A stretch of DNA of 64,000 nucleotides from Synechococcus sp. UW140 (GCA_943369315.1 CALRMW020000005.1:123956-187955), one strand, 5' to 3'. Numbered from the stretch's first letter, positions 10,933 through 21,405 are shown. Notes: generated from the sequence alone by a model not told the origin. Translations and numbers: made by a program.

Positions 10933-12477
10933 TCAGTGCAGAAAGTGACGACGGCCGGTGATCACCATCACCATGTCGTTGGCGTTGCAGGCGGCGATCG
11001 AATCCGGGTCGCGCTTGCTGCCGCCGGGCTGGATCACCGCCCGGATGCCGTGCTGCGCCGCCAGCCGCACCGTGTCATCGAAGGGGAAGAAGCCGTCGCT
11101 GGCCAGCACGGCCCCCCGGGCGGCATCACCGGCCGCCTCAAGGGCCAGGCGGGCCGAGCCCACCCGGTTCATCTGGCCCGCCCCGACCCCGAGGGTGCGG
11201 CCATCGCGGGCCACCAGGATGGCGTTGGAGCGCACATGGCGCACCACCTGCCAGGCGAAACGCAGATCCCGCCATTCCTCCGCGCTGGGCTGGCGCTCGC
11301 TCACCACCTGCCAGGTGTCGGGATCGGCGGGGCCGTCGTCCGCCTGCTGGGCCAGCACCCCCCCCAGCACGCTGCGCAGCTGCAGGGCTCCGGCGGCCCC
11401 CGCCACGGCCCCGGGGTCGAGCTCCAGCAGGCGCAGGTTGGCCTTCGCCGCCAGCCGCTGGCGGGCCTCTTCGGAGAAGGACGGCGCCACGACGCATTCC
11501 AGGAACAGCCCCGCCAGGTGCTCGGCGGCCGCCAGGTCCACCGCGCCGTTGAGGGCGACGATGCCCCCGAAAGCGGAGACCCGGTCGGCATCGAGGGCCC
11601 GCAGCAGGGCCTCGGCGGTGTCGGCGCCGATGGCGACGCCGCAGGGGTTGGTGTGCTTGATCACCACCGCCGCCGGCTCGGCGCCGGGGCCGTAGCCGAA
11701 GGCCGCCACCGTGGTGAGGGCCGCCTCCAGGTCGATCAGGTTGTTGTAGCTGAGTTCCTTGCCCTGGAGCTGGCGGGCGGCCCCCCAGCCCACGCCCGCC
11801 TCGCCGAACCAGCGGGCGCCCTGGTGGGGGTTCTCGCCGTAGCGGAGCACCTGCCGCAGGGGCAGCTCCAGCCGCAGGGGCTGCCCCGGTTCATCGGCGA
11901 GCCGGCCGTCGATCCAGGCGGCGATGGCGGCGTCGTAGGCGGCGGTGTGGGCGAAGGCCGCCAGGGCGAGCCGGCGCCGCAGGCTCCCGTCGACCTGGCC
12001 GGCCGCCAGGGCCTCCAGGAAGCCCGGGTACTGGTCGGGATCGGTGAGCACCGCCACGTCGGCGTGGTTCTTGGCGGCAGCGCGCACCATGGCCGGGCCG
12101 CCGATGTCGATGGTCTCGATGGCCGTCTCCCAGCTCACGGCGGGGTCGGCCACGGTGGCGCGGAAGGGATAGAGGTTGACCACCACCACATCGATGCTGG
12201 TGATCCCCTGGGCCTCCAGGTCGGCGCGGTGGGCGGGGTCGTCCCGGCGGGCCAGGATGCCGCCGTGGATGCGGGGATGGAGGGTCTTGACCCGGCCGCC
12301 GAGGATCTCCGGAGCGCCGGTGTGCTCCGCCACCTTCGTCACCGGCAGGCCGGCGGCGGCCAGGGCAGCAGCGGTGCCGCCGCTGGAGAGCAGCGCGTAG
12401 CCCTGAGCCAGCAGCCCCTCCGCCAGCGGCACCAGGCCCCGCTTGTCGGACACACTCAGGAGGGCCGTGGCAGCCAT
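10933..12477 (-). CDS. purH: Bifunctional AICAR transformylase/IMP cyclohydrolase
   Basis: ALLSVSDK, GRVKTLHP, IDIGGP, LRYGENPHQ, ASDGFFPF, ITGRRHFLH. Confidence 0.98.
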   Translation of the reverse strand: MAATALLSVSDKRGLVPLAEGLLAQGYALLSSGGTAAALAAAGLPVTKVAEHTGAPEILGGRVKTLHPRIHGGILARRDDPAHRADLEAQGITSIDVVVVNLYPFRATVADPAVSWETAIETIDIGGPAMVRAAAKNHADVAVLTDPDQYPGFLEALAAGQVDGSLRRRLALAAFAHTAAYDAAIAAWIDGRLADEPGQPLRLELPLRQVLRYGENPHQGARWFGEAGVGWGAARQLQGKELSYNNLIDLEAALTTVAAFGYGPGAEPAAVVIKHTNPCGVAIGADTAEALLRALDADRVSAFGGIVALNGAVDLAAAEHLAGLFLECVVAPSFSEEARQRLAAKANLRLLELDPGAVAGAAGALQLRSVLGGVLAQQADDGPADPDTWQVVSERQPSAEEWRDLRFAWQVVRHVRSNAILVARDGRTLGVGAGQMNRVGSARLALEAAGDAARGAVLASDGFFPFDDTVRLAAQHGIRAVIQPGGSKRDPDSIAACNANDMVMVITGRRHFLH

Positions 12478-12533
12478 GACGGCGGAAAGGGCAGGGGAGG
12501 AGCCAACCTACGCAGCAACAGCCGAACGTCACC

Positions 12534-13211
12534 GTGCCCACGGATCCCCTCGCCGAAGTGCAGCCGAGCGAAGACGACGCCACTGCCCTGTTCGCCGGCC
12601 CGCGCCAGGCCGACAGCCGGCTGGTGCTGCTGCACGGCTGGGGCGCCGACGCCGATGACCTGCTCGATCTGGGGGCGGTGCTCCTGGACGCCGATCCCGC
12701 CGCCATCGGTCTGAGCGTGGTCGCCCTGCGGGCGCCCCTGCCCCATCCGGCCGGCATGGGCCGCCAGTGGTACGACCTGCAGCAGCCCGAGTGGCCCCAG
12801 CTGCCCGAAGCCCGCCGGGCGCTGCGGCGCCGGCTGCTGGCCCTGGGCGCCTCGGTGCCGCTCGAGCACACCTGCCTGCTGGGCTTCTCCCAGGGGGCGG
12901 CCATGGCCATCGATGTGGCCACGGGCTGCGGCCCGGATGCCACCGAGTCCCTGCCGCTGGCGGGGCTGGTCGCCTGCAGCGGCTACCCCCATCCCGACTG
13001 GCAGCCCCGGACGCCACGCACGGAAATCCTGCTCACCCATGGCGAGCAGGATCCGGTGGTGCCTTTTGCGGCCAGTGCGGCGCTGGAACGATCGCTCGCG
13101 GAGGCCGGTGGGTCGGTGCGGCGGATCGCCTTCCCGGGCGGCCACAGCATCGATCCCGAGCTGATCGCCCCGGTGCGGGAGTTCCTGGTCAGGGGCTGGG
13201 AAGGACGCTGA
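12534..13211 (+). CDS. Phospholipase/carboxylesterase (alpha/beta hydrolase)
   Basis: LLHGWGA, GFSQG nucleophile motif, HGEQDPVV, GGHSI. Confidence 0.88.
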   Translation: MPTDPLAEVQPSEDDATALFAGPRQADSRLVLLHGWGADADDLLDLGAVLLDADPAAIGLSVVALRAPLPHPAGMGRQWYDLQQPEWPQLPEARRALRRRLLALGASVPLEHTCLLGFSQGAAMAIDVATGCGPDATESLPLAGLVACSGYPHPDWQPRTPRTEILLTHGEQDPVVPFAASAALERSLAEAGGSVRRIAFPGGHSIDPELIAPVREFLVRGWEGR

Positions 13212-13232
13212 CCAGGAACCGCAGGGCGGGAA

Positions 13233-13604
13233 TCAGACGAAGGCGTACTCGTACTCCTCCATCTCCTCCCAGTCGTCGGAGGCGAGGGCTTCGAGGCCCT
13301 CGAAGAGCACCTCTTCGCCGATGCTGTCGACGATCAGGCGCAGGGACGGGAACAGGAAGTGGTTCTCTTCGGCGTACTGGGCGCTGAACAGGCCCTTCTC
13401 CCCCCAGAAGAAGCGGTCGGTGGTGTGCTCGTTGCGGCGCACGTTGAGGATCGCCGGAGCCGTCAGCTCCGTTTCGGCGATGTAGCGGCGCGCAGCCGTC
13501 ACCGGTTTGTGGGAGCCGGTTTCGAGGTTGAAGGTCGGGACATGGGCGAGGACCCGCTGGCCTGCGAGACGACGGCGACTGATCCGCTTGCGCTTCTTGG
13601 ACAT
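13233..13604 (-). CDS. DUF3155-family protein
   Basis: MSKKRKRISRRRLAGQRVLAHVP...HTTDRFFWGEKGLFSAQYAEENHFLFPSL, at the C-terminal end of the track ORF 13233..14885. Confidence 0.85.
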   Translation of the reverse strand: MSKKRKRISRRRLAGQRVLAHVPTFNLETGSHKPVTAARRYIAETELTAPAILNVRRNEHTTDRFFWGEKGLFSAQYAEENHFLFPSLRLIVDSIGEEVLFEGLEALASDDWEEMEEYEYAFV

Positions 13605-13643
13605 GGCATGGATCCCGGTGAAGGGAGACCGAAAGGTGGAGTT

Positions 13644-13660
13644 GGGGGGGGGGGGGGGGG
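13644..13660. repeat. G17 homopolymer
   Basis: 17 consecutive G, about 40 bp upstream of the DUF3155 start. Confidence 0.9.
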
Positions 13661-14015
13661 CTGCAGACGTGCGATAGCGGCCGGAGCCGGCGACGAACGG
13701 CAGGGAGGACCGACCACCCAGAGGTGGCGGGTCCACGTCCATACGACTGTCGACCTGGGGCTGGTCGGAGAGAATCACCGTCGGTAACGCCGGCCGGCTC
13801 CCGGAGGAGGTCATGGCCGGTACAGAGGCGGTGCGCAGCTGCCTCTGCTGTAGCCTTGGATGCGAGCAAAGCGCAACGCTGGCCGTTACGACTGCAACTT
13901 TCCGCCCGTCCGAGGACTGCGAAGTAGTGGTCGTTACCAAGATCTTAAAACTTTTTTTGCGTTTCGACACGCCTCTCCTGAAAATTTCCCGGACGGATCC
14001 GGTCCGCGGCTGGTG

Positions 14016-15140
14016 ATGCCTGTCTCGCAACGGTTTCTGGCCTTGGTGGGGTTCCAGCTGGGCCAGTTTGTCGACTGCCCGGAGGTCCGGTCCCTGGTGG
14101 TCTACGTCACCCATCAGGGGGAAACGGGCCAGCCCAGCCTGTTGCCGGTCGGCCACTGGCCCCCGGACGAGCGGGCCCTGCCGGCGGTGGACAGCGTCAG
14201 CCGGCTGCGGGTGCCGGCGGAGCAGCGGCGCTGGCTGCCCCTGCGGGACGGCCAGCGCCTGCTCGGTGCCCTGCAGGTGGAGGCCACCCGCAACCCCTGG
14301 CCGAAGCCCCTCGCCCAGCGGCTCCAGGCCGTGGCCCTGGCCCTCACCGAAGCCCTGCGGCTGGATCTGGAGGGCGGGGAGCTGCGGCAGCGGCTCTCGG
14401 AGCGTGAGGAGCAGCTGGGACTGCTGCTGCACCAGCTGCGCAACCCGCTCGCGGCCCTGCGCACCTTCGGGCAGCTGCTGCTGCGGCGCCTCGGCCCTGA
14501 CCACAGCGACCGCTCCCTGGTGCAGGGCCTGCTGGCCGAGGAGCGCCAGATCAACCGCTATGTGGAGGCCATCAGCGCGCTGGTCCACCCGGAGGGACGC
14601 CTCGCCGCCCCCCCCTCCCCCCAGCCCCTGCTGCTGCCGCCCCTGCTGAGCGGACCCGAGGGCCAGCCCCTGGCCGGGCTGCTCGAACCGCTGCTGCAGC
14701 GGGCCGCCGCCACCGCGACCCTGCAGGGGCGGGAGTGGCACGGCCCCCGGACCCTGCCGGACTGGAGCGGCGACAGCGGATCGGTGGCGGAGATCCTGGC
14801 CAACCTGCTGGAGAACGCCTTCCGCTACAGCGCCCCGGGTGCCGCCGTGGGCCTGCACTGGGCCACCGACGACGGCGGGCTCCACCTCACGGTCTGGGAC
14901 GGCGGGCCGGCCATCGCCGCCCCCGAGCGGGAAGCGATCTTCGGGCGGGGGGTGCGGGGAACCCGGGGCCAGGACCTGCCCGGCACCGGCCTGGGCCTGG
15001 CCCTTGGCCGCGATCTGGCCCGCAGCCTGGGCGGCGAGCTGGCGCTCGTGGTGCCGCCCCGGACCGTGGCCGAGGCGCTCCCGGAGCAGGGCAACGCCTT
15101 CCGGCTCAGCCTGCCCAGACCGTCAGCACCGCGGCGATGA
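14016..15140 (+). CDS. Sensor histidine kinase, Hik2/CSK-like
   Basis: H-box LHQLRNPL, N-box NLLENAFRYS, DGGP and GTGLGL boxes. No TM helices. Confidence 0.85.
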   Translation: MPVSQRFLALVGFQLGQFVDCPEVRSLVVYVTHQGETGQPSLLPVGHWPPDERALPAVDSVSRLRVPAEQRRWLPLRDGQRLLGALQVEATRNPWPKPLAQRLQAVALALTEALRLDLEGGELRQRLSEREEQLGLLLHQLRNPLAALRTFGQLLLRRLGPDHSDRSLVQGLLAEERQINRYVEAISALVHPEGRLAAPPSPQPLLLPPLLSGPEGQPLAGLLEPLLQRAAATATLQGREWHGPRTLPDWSGDSGSVAEILANLLENAFRYSAPGAAVGLHWATDDGGLHLTVWDGGPAIAAPEREAIFGRGVRGTRGQDLPGTGLGLALGRDLARSLGGELALVVPPRTVAEALPEQGNAFRLSLPRPSAPRR

Positions 15141-15876
15141 GCAGCAGGCCCAGAGATTCGGTCCACTCCACGCAGGCGCCGTAGCTGTCGCCGCTGTGGC
15201 CGCCGAGGCGGCGGCCCAGGACCACTGGAACCAGCAGGGCCGGCAGCAGGGCCAGCGCTCCGACGGGCACGGGCCAGGTGGTCAGGCCCGGCCAGGGCAG
15301 CAGCAGCAGGGGCGGCAACAGCAGCAGGGCGGGCTGGAGCTCCGCCGCCAGGCCGACCCCGTGGGCGCGATGGAAGGCGGCGCTGCCGCCGGGCCGCAGG
15401 TAGGGGAACCAGGCCATGGCGGGCAGGGGCGCCACCCGCCCGCCGACCGCAGCCCACACCAGCGCCACCGGCGCCGCCGGCCCCAGCATCGCCAGGGCCC
15501 CGGCCCGCAGCAGCAGCACCAGCACCAGGGCCTGCACGCCGCTCGCCCCCACCCGGCTGTCGGCCATCGCCTCCAGGCAGCGGTCCCCCGCCGCCAGGCC
15601 ATCGGCGCTGTCCATCACGCCGTCCATGTGCAGGCCGCCGCTCAGCCACAGGCCGAGCGCCAGCACCAGCGCCACCTGGGCCACCAGCGGCACCCGCCCC
15701 TCCAGGGCCCACCAGAGCAGCCCCTGCAGCACGCCGAGAACGGCACCGATCCAGGGGGCGAAGCGGGCGATCCGCTCGAACCGGGGCGCCGGCGCCGGCC
15801 AGGCCGGCAGCACGGAATAGAAGATCCAGGCCCCGGCGAGATCCCGCAGCCACGGTGGAGCGCTCAGGCGGGGCAT
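15106..15876 (-). CDS. cobS: Cobalamin synthase (adenosylcobinamide-GDP ribazoletransferase)
   Basis: [35 protein letters not shown]. Confidence 0.95.
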   Translation of the reverse strand: MPRLSAPPWLRDLAGAWIFYSVLPAWPAPAPRFERIARFAPWIGAVLGVLQGLLWWALEGRVPLVAQVALVLALGLWLSGGLHMDGVMDSADGLAAGDRCLEAMADSRVGASGVQALVLVLLLRAGALAMLGPAAPVALVWAAVGGRVAPLPAMAWFPYLRPGGSAAFHRAHGVGLAAELQPALLLLPPLLLLPWPGLTTWPVPVGALALLPALLVPVVLGRRLGGHSGDSYGACVEWTESLGLLLIAAVLTVWAG

Positions 15877-15956
15877 GGGCAGGGCGGTGGAGGTGGCGGT
15901 GCAGATGGAGGTGGGAACCCCGGGTAGCGTCGCAGCAGCGGCGTCTAGCGTCAGCG

Positions 15957-17096
15957 CTGAGCCGCTGCGGCGTCATCGCCTTCGACTTCACGATCACCGC
16001 CCGCTGCCCGCGGACCCGGGCCCGCTGCGGCTGCTTCACCACCCCCCACGGCCCCGTCCACACGCCCCGGTTCATGCCGGTGGGCACCGCCGCCACCGTC
16101 AAGGGCGTCAGCACGCCCCAGCTGCGGGAGACCGGCGCCCAGATGGTGCTGGCCAACACCTTCCATCTGCATCTGCAGCCGGGGGAGCCGGTGGTGGCGG
16201 AGGCCGGTGGGCTGCACCGCTTCATGGGCTGGGACGGCCCCCTGCTGACCGACTCGGGCGGCTTCCAGGTGTTCAGCCTGGACGCCATCAACCGGATCGA
16301 CGACGACGGGGTGGTGTTCCGCTCCCCCCGGGACGGCTCGCGGATCGACCTGACCCCCGAGCGCTCCATGGCCATTCAGCGGGCCCTGGGGGCCGACGTG
16401 GCCATGGCCTTCGACCAGTGTCCGCCCTATCCCGCCAGCGAAGCGGCGGTGGCCGAGGCCTGCCGGCGCACCCACCGCTGGCTGGAGCGCTGCGTCGCCT
16501 GCCACGGCGGCGGCGACCAGGCCCTGTTCGGGATCGTGCAGGGGGGCTGCTTCCCCCATCTGCGCGAGGCCTCGGCGCGGGCGGTGGCCGCGATGGACCT
16601 GCCCGGCATCGCCGTGGGGGGGGTGAGCGTGGGCGAGCCCGCCGAGGAGATGCACCGGGTGGTGCGGCAGGTCGGCCCCCTGCTGCCGGAGCAGCGGCCC
16701 CACTATCTGATGGGGGTGGGCAGCCTGCGGGAGATGGCAATCGCGGTCGCCAACGGCTTCGACCTGTTCGACTGCGTGCTGCCCACCCGGCTGGGCCGGC
16801 ACGGCACCGCCCTGGTGGGGGGCGAGCGCTGGAACCTGCGCAATGCCCGCTTCCGCCACGACCACGGCCCCCTCGACCCCGGCTGCGACTGCCTCGCCTG
16901 CCGTCACCACAGCCGCAGCTACCTGCACCACCTGTTCCGCAGCGACGAACTGCTGGGCCGCACCCTGCTGAGCCTGCACAACCTCACCACCCTGCTGCGC
17001 TTCACGACCGCCATGGCCCAGGCCATCGGCGAGGGATGCTTTTCAGAGGATTTCGCTCCCTGGGAGCCCGACTCCCCCGCCGCCCACACGTGGTAG
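15957..17096 (+). CDS. tgt: tRNA-guanine transglycosylase
   Basis: [39 protein letters not shown], zinc CDCLAC. Start uncertain; CTG 15957 used. Confidence 0.95.
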   Translation: MSRCGVIAFDFTITARCPRTRARCGCFTTPHGPVHTPRFMPVGTAATVKGVSTPQLRETGAQMVLANTFHLHLQPGEPVVAEAGGLHRFMGWDGPLLTDSGGFQVFSLDAINRIDDDGVVFRSPRDGSRIDLTPERSMAIQRALGADVAMAFDQCPPYPASEAAVAEACRRTHRWLERCVACHGGGDQALFGIVQGGCFPHLREASARAVAAMDLPGIAVGGVSVGEPAEEMHRVVRQVGPLLPEQRPHYLMGVGSLREMAIAVANGFDLFDCVLPTRLGRHGTALVGGERWNLRNARFRHDHGPLDPGCDCLACRHHSRSYLHHLFRSDELLGRTLLSLHNLTTLLRFTTAMAQAIGEGCFSEDFAPWEPDSPAAHTW

Positions 17097-17128
17097 GTTC
17101 CGGCCATTGCAATGGTTCTCCCCCAGGC

Positions 17129-17287
17129 ATGGCTCTCTCCCTGCTGGCCAGCTACGCGCCCCACACCCTCGCCCAGCTGCCCGAGGCGTACCAGGCCTTC
17201 GGCCCCCTGGTGGACATCCTGCCGATCATTCCCCTGTTCTTCCTGCTGCTGGCCTTCGTCTGGCAGGCCTCGGTCGGTTTCCGCTGA
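17129..17287 (+). CDS. psbK: Photosystem II protein K
   Basis: [38 protein letters not shown]. Confidence 0.98.
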   Translation: MALSLLASYAPHTLAQLPEAYQAFGPLVDILPIIPLFFLLLAFVWQASVGFR

Positions 17288-17342
17288 TCAGCGCCCGTTC
17301 GCGGCGCACAGCCTTTCAGCGGCGTTCACGGCGCGCTGCCGC

Positions 17343-18071
17343 TCAACGGCGTTCGCGCAGCACAGCCCAGGCGAAGGCCGGCAGCGAGAGCATGCGCCGC
17401 CAGCGGCTGGGCTCCTTGATCAGCCGGTAGAGCCATTCGATGTGCAGGGCCCCCATCCAGGCGGGGGCCCGCTTCTTGGTGCCGGCCCAGATGTCGAAGC
17501 TGCCGCCCACCCCCATCCAGAGTCCGCTGCGGGGTCCCGGCAGCTCCTGGATCCAGGTCTCCTGGCGCGGCACCCCCAGGGCCACCAGCACCAGATCGGG
17601 GCGGCACTGCAGCAGCTGGCGCTCAAGCCCGGGCCAGGCATCCGCGCTCTGGTAGCCGTGGACGCTGAAGACGAGCTTCATTCCGGGGAGGTCGTGGAGC
17701 AGGCGGTCGCGCAGCTGATCCATCACCGCCGGACTCGCCCCCACCAGGGCCACCCGCCAGCCGCTGGCGGCCGCATGGTCGAGCAGGCGGCGGGCCAGCT
17801 CAATGCCCGGGGCACGGCGCACCCGGTGCGACTGGCGACCCAGGGCCCAGACCACGCCGGCCCCATCAGGGATGACCATCCGGGCCGCCTCGATCGCCGC
17901 CGCCAGGGCGGGATCCGCCCGGGCCGCCATGGTCATCTCCGCATTGAGGGTGACGATCTGGCCGCCGCCGGCCGCATGCAGGGCCACGGCGTCCCGGAAG
18001 ACGTCGTTGCTTACATTCACAGGGATGCCCAGGACGCGGGCACGGACCGGCGTGGTCGCGAGGGCTGCCAT
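17343..18071 (-). CDS. WecB/TagA/CpsF-family glycosyltransferase
   Basis: IVTLNAEM, IPDGAGVVW, VALGVPRQE, GVGGSFD, EWLYRLIKEPSRWRR. Confidence 0.92.
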   Translation of the reverse strand: MAALATTPVRARVLGIPVNVSNDVFRDAVALHAAGGGQIVTLNAEMTMAARADPALAAAIEAARMVIPDGAGVVWALGRQSHRVRRAPGIELARRLLDHAAASGWRVALVGASPAVMDQLRDRLLHDLPGMKLVFSVHGYQSADAWPGLERQLLQCRPDLVLVALGVPRQETWIQELPGPRSGLWMGVGGSFDIWAGTKKRAPAWMGALHIEWLYRLIKEPSRWRRMLSLPAFAWAVLRERR

Positions 18072-18150
18072 GGGAAGGAACGACGGCGGGGAGAATCTAT
18101 GGCCTGGTTCCACGGCCGCCGCCACCGGCACGCCCTGTCCTGACGCGACC

Positions 18151-21100
18151 ATGATGAGCACGGCGAGCAATGGCGACAGGGGCGTGATCGATCCCCCCGC
18201 CCCTCCCACCAGCGAGGCGGAGGCCCGAGCGCTCCTCGAACGGCTCGACCGCGGCATCGAGCACGTCGTCCTGCGGCGCCAGCATCCGATCACCGGTCTG
18301 CTGCCCGCCAGCACCGCCAGCACCGTCCACGGCAACTACGGCGACGCCTGGGTGCGGGACTGCGTCTACTCCATCCAGTGCGTCTGGGGGCTGGCCCTGG
18401 CCCACCGGCGGCTGCAGGGACCCTGCCGCCGCAGCTTCGAACTGGAGCAGCGGGTGCTGCAGCTGATGCGGGGCCTGATGCGCTCGATGATGCGCCAGTC
18501 GGCGAAGGTGGAGCGCTTCAAGACCAGCCTCGAGCGCCTCGACGCCATCCACGCCAAGTTCGACACCGCCACGGGGGATCCGGTGGTGGCCGACGACGGC
18601 TGGGGCCATCTGCAGCTCGACGCCACAGCCCTGTTCCTGCTGCAGCTCGCCCAGCTCACCCGCTCGGGCCTGGTGATCGTGCAGACCAGCCACGAGCTCG
18701 ACTTCCTCCAGAACCTCGTCTACTACGTGGCCCGGGCCTACCGGGTGGCCGACTACGGCATCTGGGAACGGGGCGACAAAGGCAACCACGGCCAGCCGGA
18801 GCGCAACGCCAGCTCGATCGGCATGGTGAAGGCCGCCCTCGAGACCCTGGTGGGTCTGGATCTCTACGGCCCCCTTGGCGACGGCAGCAGCTGCCTGACC
18901 ATCCCCCATGACGCCATCGTCCGGCTGCGGCGTGCCCTGCGCGGCCTGCTGCCGAGGGAGTCGGCCAGCAAGGAGGCCGACAGCGCCTGCCTGTCGGTGA
19001 TCGGCTACCCCGCCTGGGCCGTGGAGGATCCGGCGCTGGTGGAGCGCACCCGGGAGAAGATCCGCAGCGAGCTGGCCGGGTCCTACGGCTACAAGCGCTT
19101 CCGTCGCGACGGCCACCAGACCGTGATCGAGGACGTGACCCGGCTCCACTACGAACGGGAGGAGCTGGCCCAGTTCGAGCACATCGAATGCGAGTGGCCC
19201 CTGTTCCTGGCCTACGAGCTGATCACCGCCTGCTGCGAGGGCCGCTGGCAGGAAGCCCGCCTCTGGCGGCAGCAGCTGGAGGAGCTGAGCGTGACGGTCG
19301 ACGGGGAGGCGCTGCTTCCGGAGCTCTACCTGGTGCCGGAGCGGCTGATCGAGGCCGAGCAGCGCCAGCCCGGCAGCCAGACCCGGGTCCCCAACGAGAA
19401 CGTGCCCCTGCTCTGGACCCAGAGCCTCACCTGGCTGGCGGATCTACTGCTCCACGGCCTGATCACCGCCGAGGATCTCGATCCCTGCGGGCGCCGCCAT
19501 CCCTGCCCCCCAGGGGCCGAGGAGGTGCTGGTGGCCCTGGCTCCGGCCGACGACACCATCGCCGCGGCCCTGGCGGAGGCCGGCCTGCCGGTGCGGCGGC
19601 CGGGGAGCGGGTCGTCCCCTCTGCGGGTGGCCAGCTCGCGGGAGCTGGCCCGGCGCCTGGCCACGGTGGGCGCCAACGGCCGCCTGGGGCTCTCGGGCCA
19701 CCCGCCGGTGCGCATGGAGACCCAGGCCACCGCCCGGCTCTACCGCCACGACGGCGAGCTGATCGGCTTCCTGCCGGCGGTGCTGGAGGAGGACACCTTC
19801 TACCTGGCCGACGATGCCCAGGTGCTGGTGGACACGGTGGCCACCGAGGTGCGGGTGCTGCAGCGCCACTGGCGGGGCTCCGGCGCCCCGCTGCTGCTCG
19901 TGCCGGTGGCCGCCGGCCCCTTCCGCCGGGACCCCGACGCCTTCCTGGAACTGGGCCGCGATCTGCAGCAGGGCCAGCTGGGCTCGGTGCCGGTGCGCCT
20001 GGTGTCGCTGGAGGAGCTGGTGCCGCTCGCCAGCCTGATCGACCTGCCGCCCCAGGCGCTGGCGGCCTGCGATCTGGTGCCGGACGGCCACACCCTGCTG
20101 CCGCCCAGTTCCAGCCACCAGCCGCTCACCGCCCGCCAGGAGCAGGAGCTGGAGGACGTGCCGCTGGCCCATCTGGTGGACAGGCTCTGGGCCAGCCGCT
20201 CCCTCGAGGAGCAGGCCGAGGTGCTGGAACTGCTGAGCCGGCGGCTCGGCCCCAATGCCCGCCTGCAGGGCCCCCGCAGCGGCCCGGGGGTGCGGCTGAT
20301 GGTGCTGCTGGAGGAGGTCTACCGCCGCGGCCTGGCCGACGCCGACTGGAGCGTGGTGCGCCGGGCCGCCGGGGCCATGGGTCTGGTGCACCCCCAGCTG
20401 GAGGATGCCCTCACCGACCTCCTGCTGCGCCAGAAGCAGGTGGTGGTGGGCCGCAACTACACGCGCGATTCGCTGCTCAGCCATCCGGAGGGCAGCCTGG
20501 CGATCGCGGCGATGGTGCGCCGCTTCAGCGGCGAGGACGGCCGGGAATGGATGCTGCAGCAGGAGCTGCTGCTGGCCATCGACGCCCTGGCCCGCTCCGA
20601 CGTGGATCTGCTCAGCGGCAGCCTCACCCTGCAGCTGGGGCAGTTCCTGCTGCTGCTCACCGGTGAGCTGGCGGCGGAGGCCAACCTCAGCCCCAGCGAG
20701 GCCTTCGAGGCCCTCTGCGGCCTGCCGCCCCATGCCATCCGCCGCCGGCTGCGGGCCGTGCTGGCGGACGTGGAGCACGCCCGGGCCTCCCTGCAGCGCA
20801 AGGAGCAACTCCACCTGCGCGGGCGGGTGCGCTGGGAGGTGCCCGACCCCCTGGCGGAACTGCCCAAGGACGGCAGCTGGCTGCAGCACCGCATGCGGCT
20901 CGGGGCACTGCAGCGGGTGCCGAAGGACTTCTATCCGGGCATCTGGGACCTGCTGCACCACTGCCGGGGCCTGGTGATCGGCGACAAGCTGGAGCGGCGC
21001 AACCGGCTGGAGAGCGCCCCGCTGCTGCGCGAGAAGACGCCGGGGGAGAAGAACTTCGCGATCCTGGTGGAGCACCTGCTGAGCAAGATCGAGGCGCCGG

Positions 21101-21405
21101 AGTACCGCCGGCTCTGCATCGAGACCCTGCTCACCCTGATGGCCTTCGTGGCCGCCAACCCCCAGGTCCAGTTCGACGATGACCTGGCCCTGGACGTGGT
21201 GATCGGCCACGCCGTGCGGGTGGGCTGGCAGCAGCGCCATCCCGAGGTGCCCAGCGATGCCTACGGCCCCCACAAGGCGGAGGCCTGGGATCTCTTCTAC
21301 CGCTCCTCCCCCGCCGACTGCCGCCGCTGGCAGCTGCTGGCCCTGCAGGAGCTCGCCGACCGGGACGCGCCCCCTGCCGCGATGATCCCGGCGGCGGGTG
21401 TCTAG
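18151..21405 (+). CDS. Glycoside hydrolase family 15-like protein resembling phosphorylase kinase alpha/beta subunits
   Basis: About 1084 aa. AWVRD, WGHLQLDAT, FLQNLVYY, DYGIWERGDK, NASSIGMVKAALE, YGYKRFRRDGHQT, ECEWPLF, PLLWTQSL. Confidence 0.88.
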   Translation: MMSTASNGDRGVIDPPAPPTSEAEARALLERLDRGIEHVVLRRQHPITGLLPASTASTVHGNYGDAWVRDCVYSIQCVWGLALAHRRLQGPCRRSFELEQRVLQLMRGLMRSMMRQSAKVERFKTSLERLDAIHAKFDTATGDPVVADDGWGHLQLDATALFLLQLAQLTRSGLVIVQTSHELDFLQNLVYYVARAYRVADYGIWERGDKGNHGQPERNASSIGMVKAALETLVGLDLYGPLGDGSSCLTIPHDAIVRLRRALRGLLPRESASKEADSACLSVIGYPAWAVEDPALVERTREKIRSELAGSYGYKRFRRDGHQTVIEDVTRLHYEREELAQFEHIECEWPLFLAYELITACCEGRWQEARLWRQQLEELSVTVDGEALLPELYLVPERLIEAEQRQPGSQTRVPNENVPLLWTQSLTWLADLLLHGLITAEDLDPCGRRHPCPPGAEEVLVALAPADDTIAAALAEAGLPVRRPGSGSSPLRVASSRELARRLATVGANGRLGLSGHPPVRMETQATARLYRHDGELIGFLPAVLEEDTFYLADDAQVLVDTVATEVRVLQRHWRGSGAPLLLVPVAAGPFRRDPDAFLELGRDLQQGQLGSVPVRLVSLEELVPLASLIDLPPQALAACDLVPDGHTLLPPSSSHQPLTARQEQELEDVPLAHLVDRLWASRSLEEQAEVLELLSRRLGPNARLQGPRSGPGVRLMVLLEEVYRRGLADADWSVVRRAAGAMGLVHPQLEDALTDLLLRQKQVVVGRNYTRDSLLSHPEGSLAIAAMVRRFSGEDGREWMLQQELLLAIDALARSDVDLLSGSLTLQLGQFLLLLTGELAAEANLSPSEAFEALCGLPPHAIRRRLRAVLADVEHARASLQRKEQLHLRGRVRWEVPDPLAELPKDGSWLQHRMRLGALQRVPKDFYPGIWDLLHHCRGLVIGDKLERRNRLESAPLLREKTPGEKNFAILVEHLLSKIEAPEYRRLCIETLLTLMAFVAANPQVQFDDDLALDVVIGHAVRVGWQQRHPEVPSDAYGPHKAEAWDLFYRSSPADCRRWQLLALQELADRDAPPAAMIPAAGV

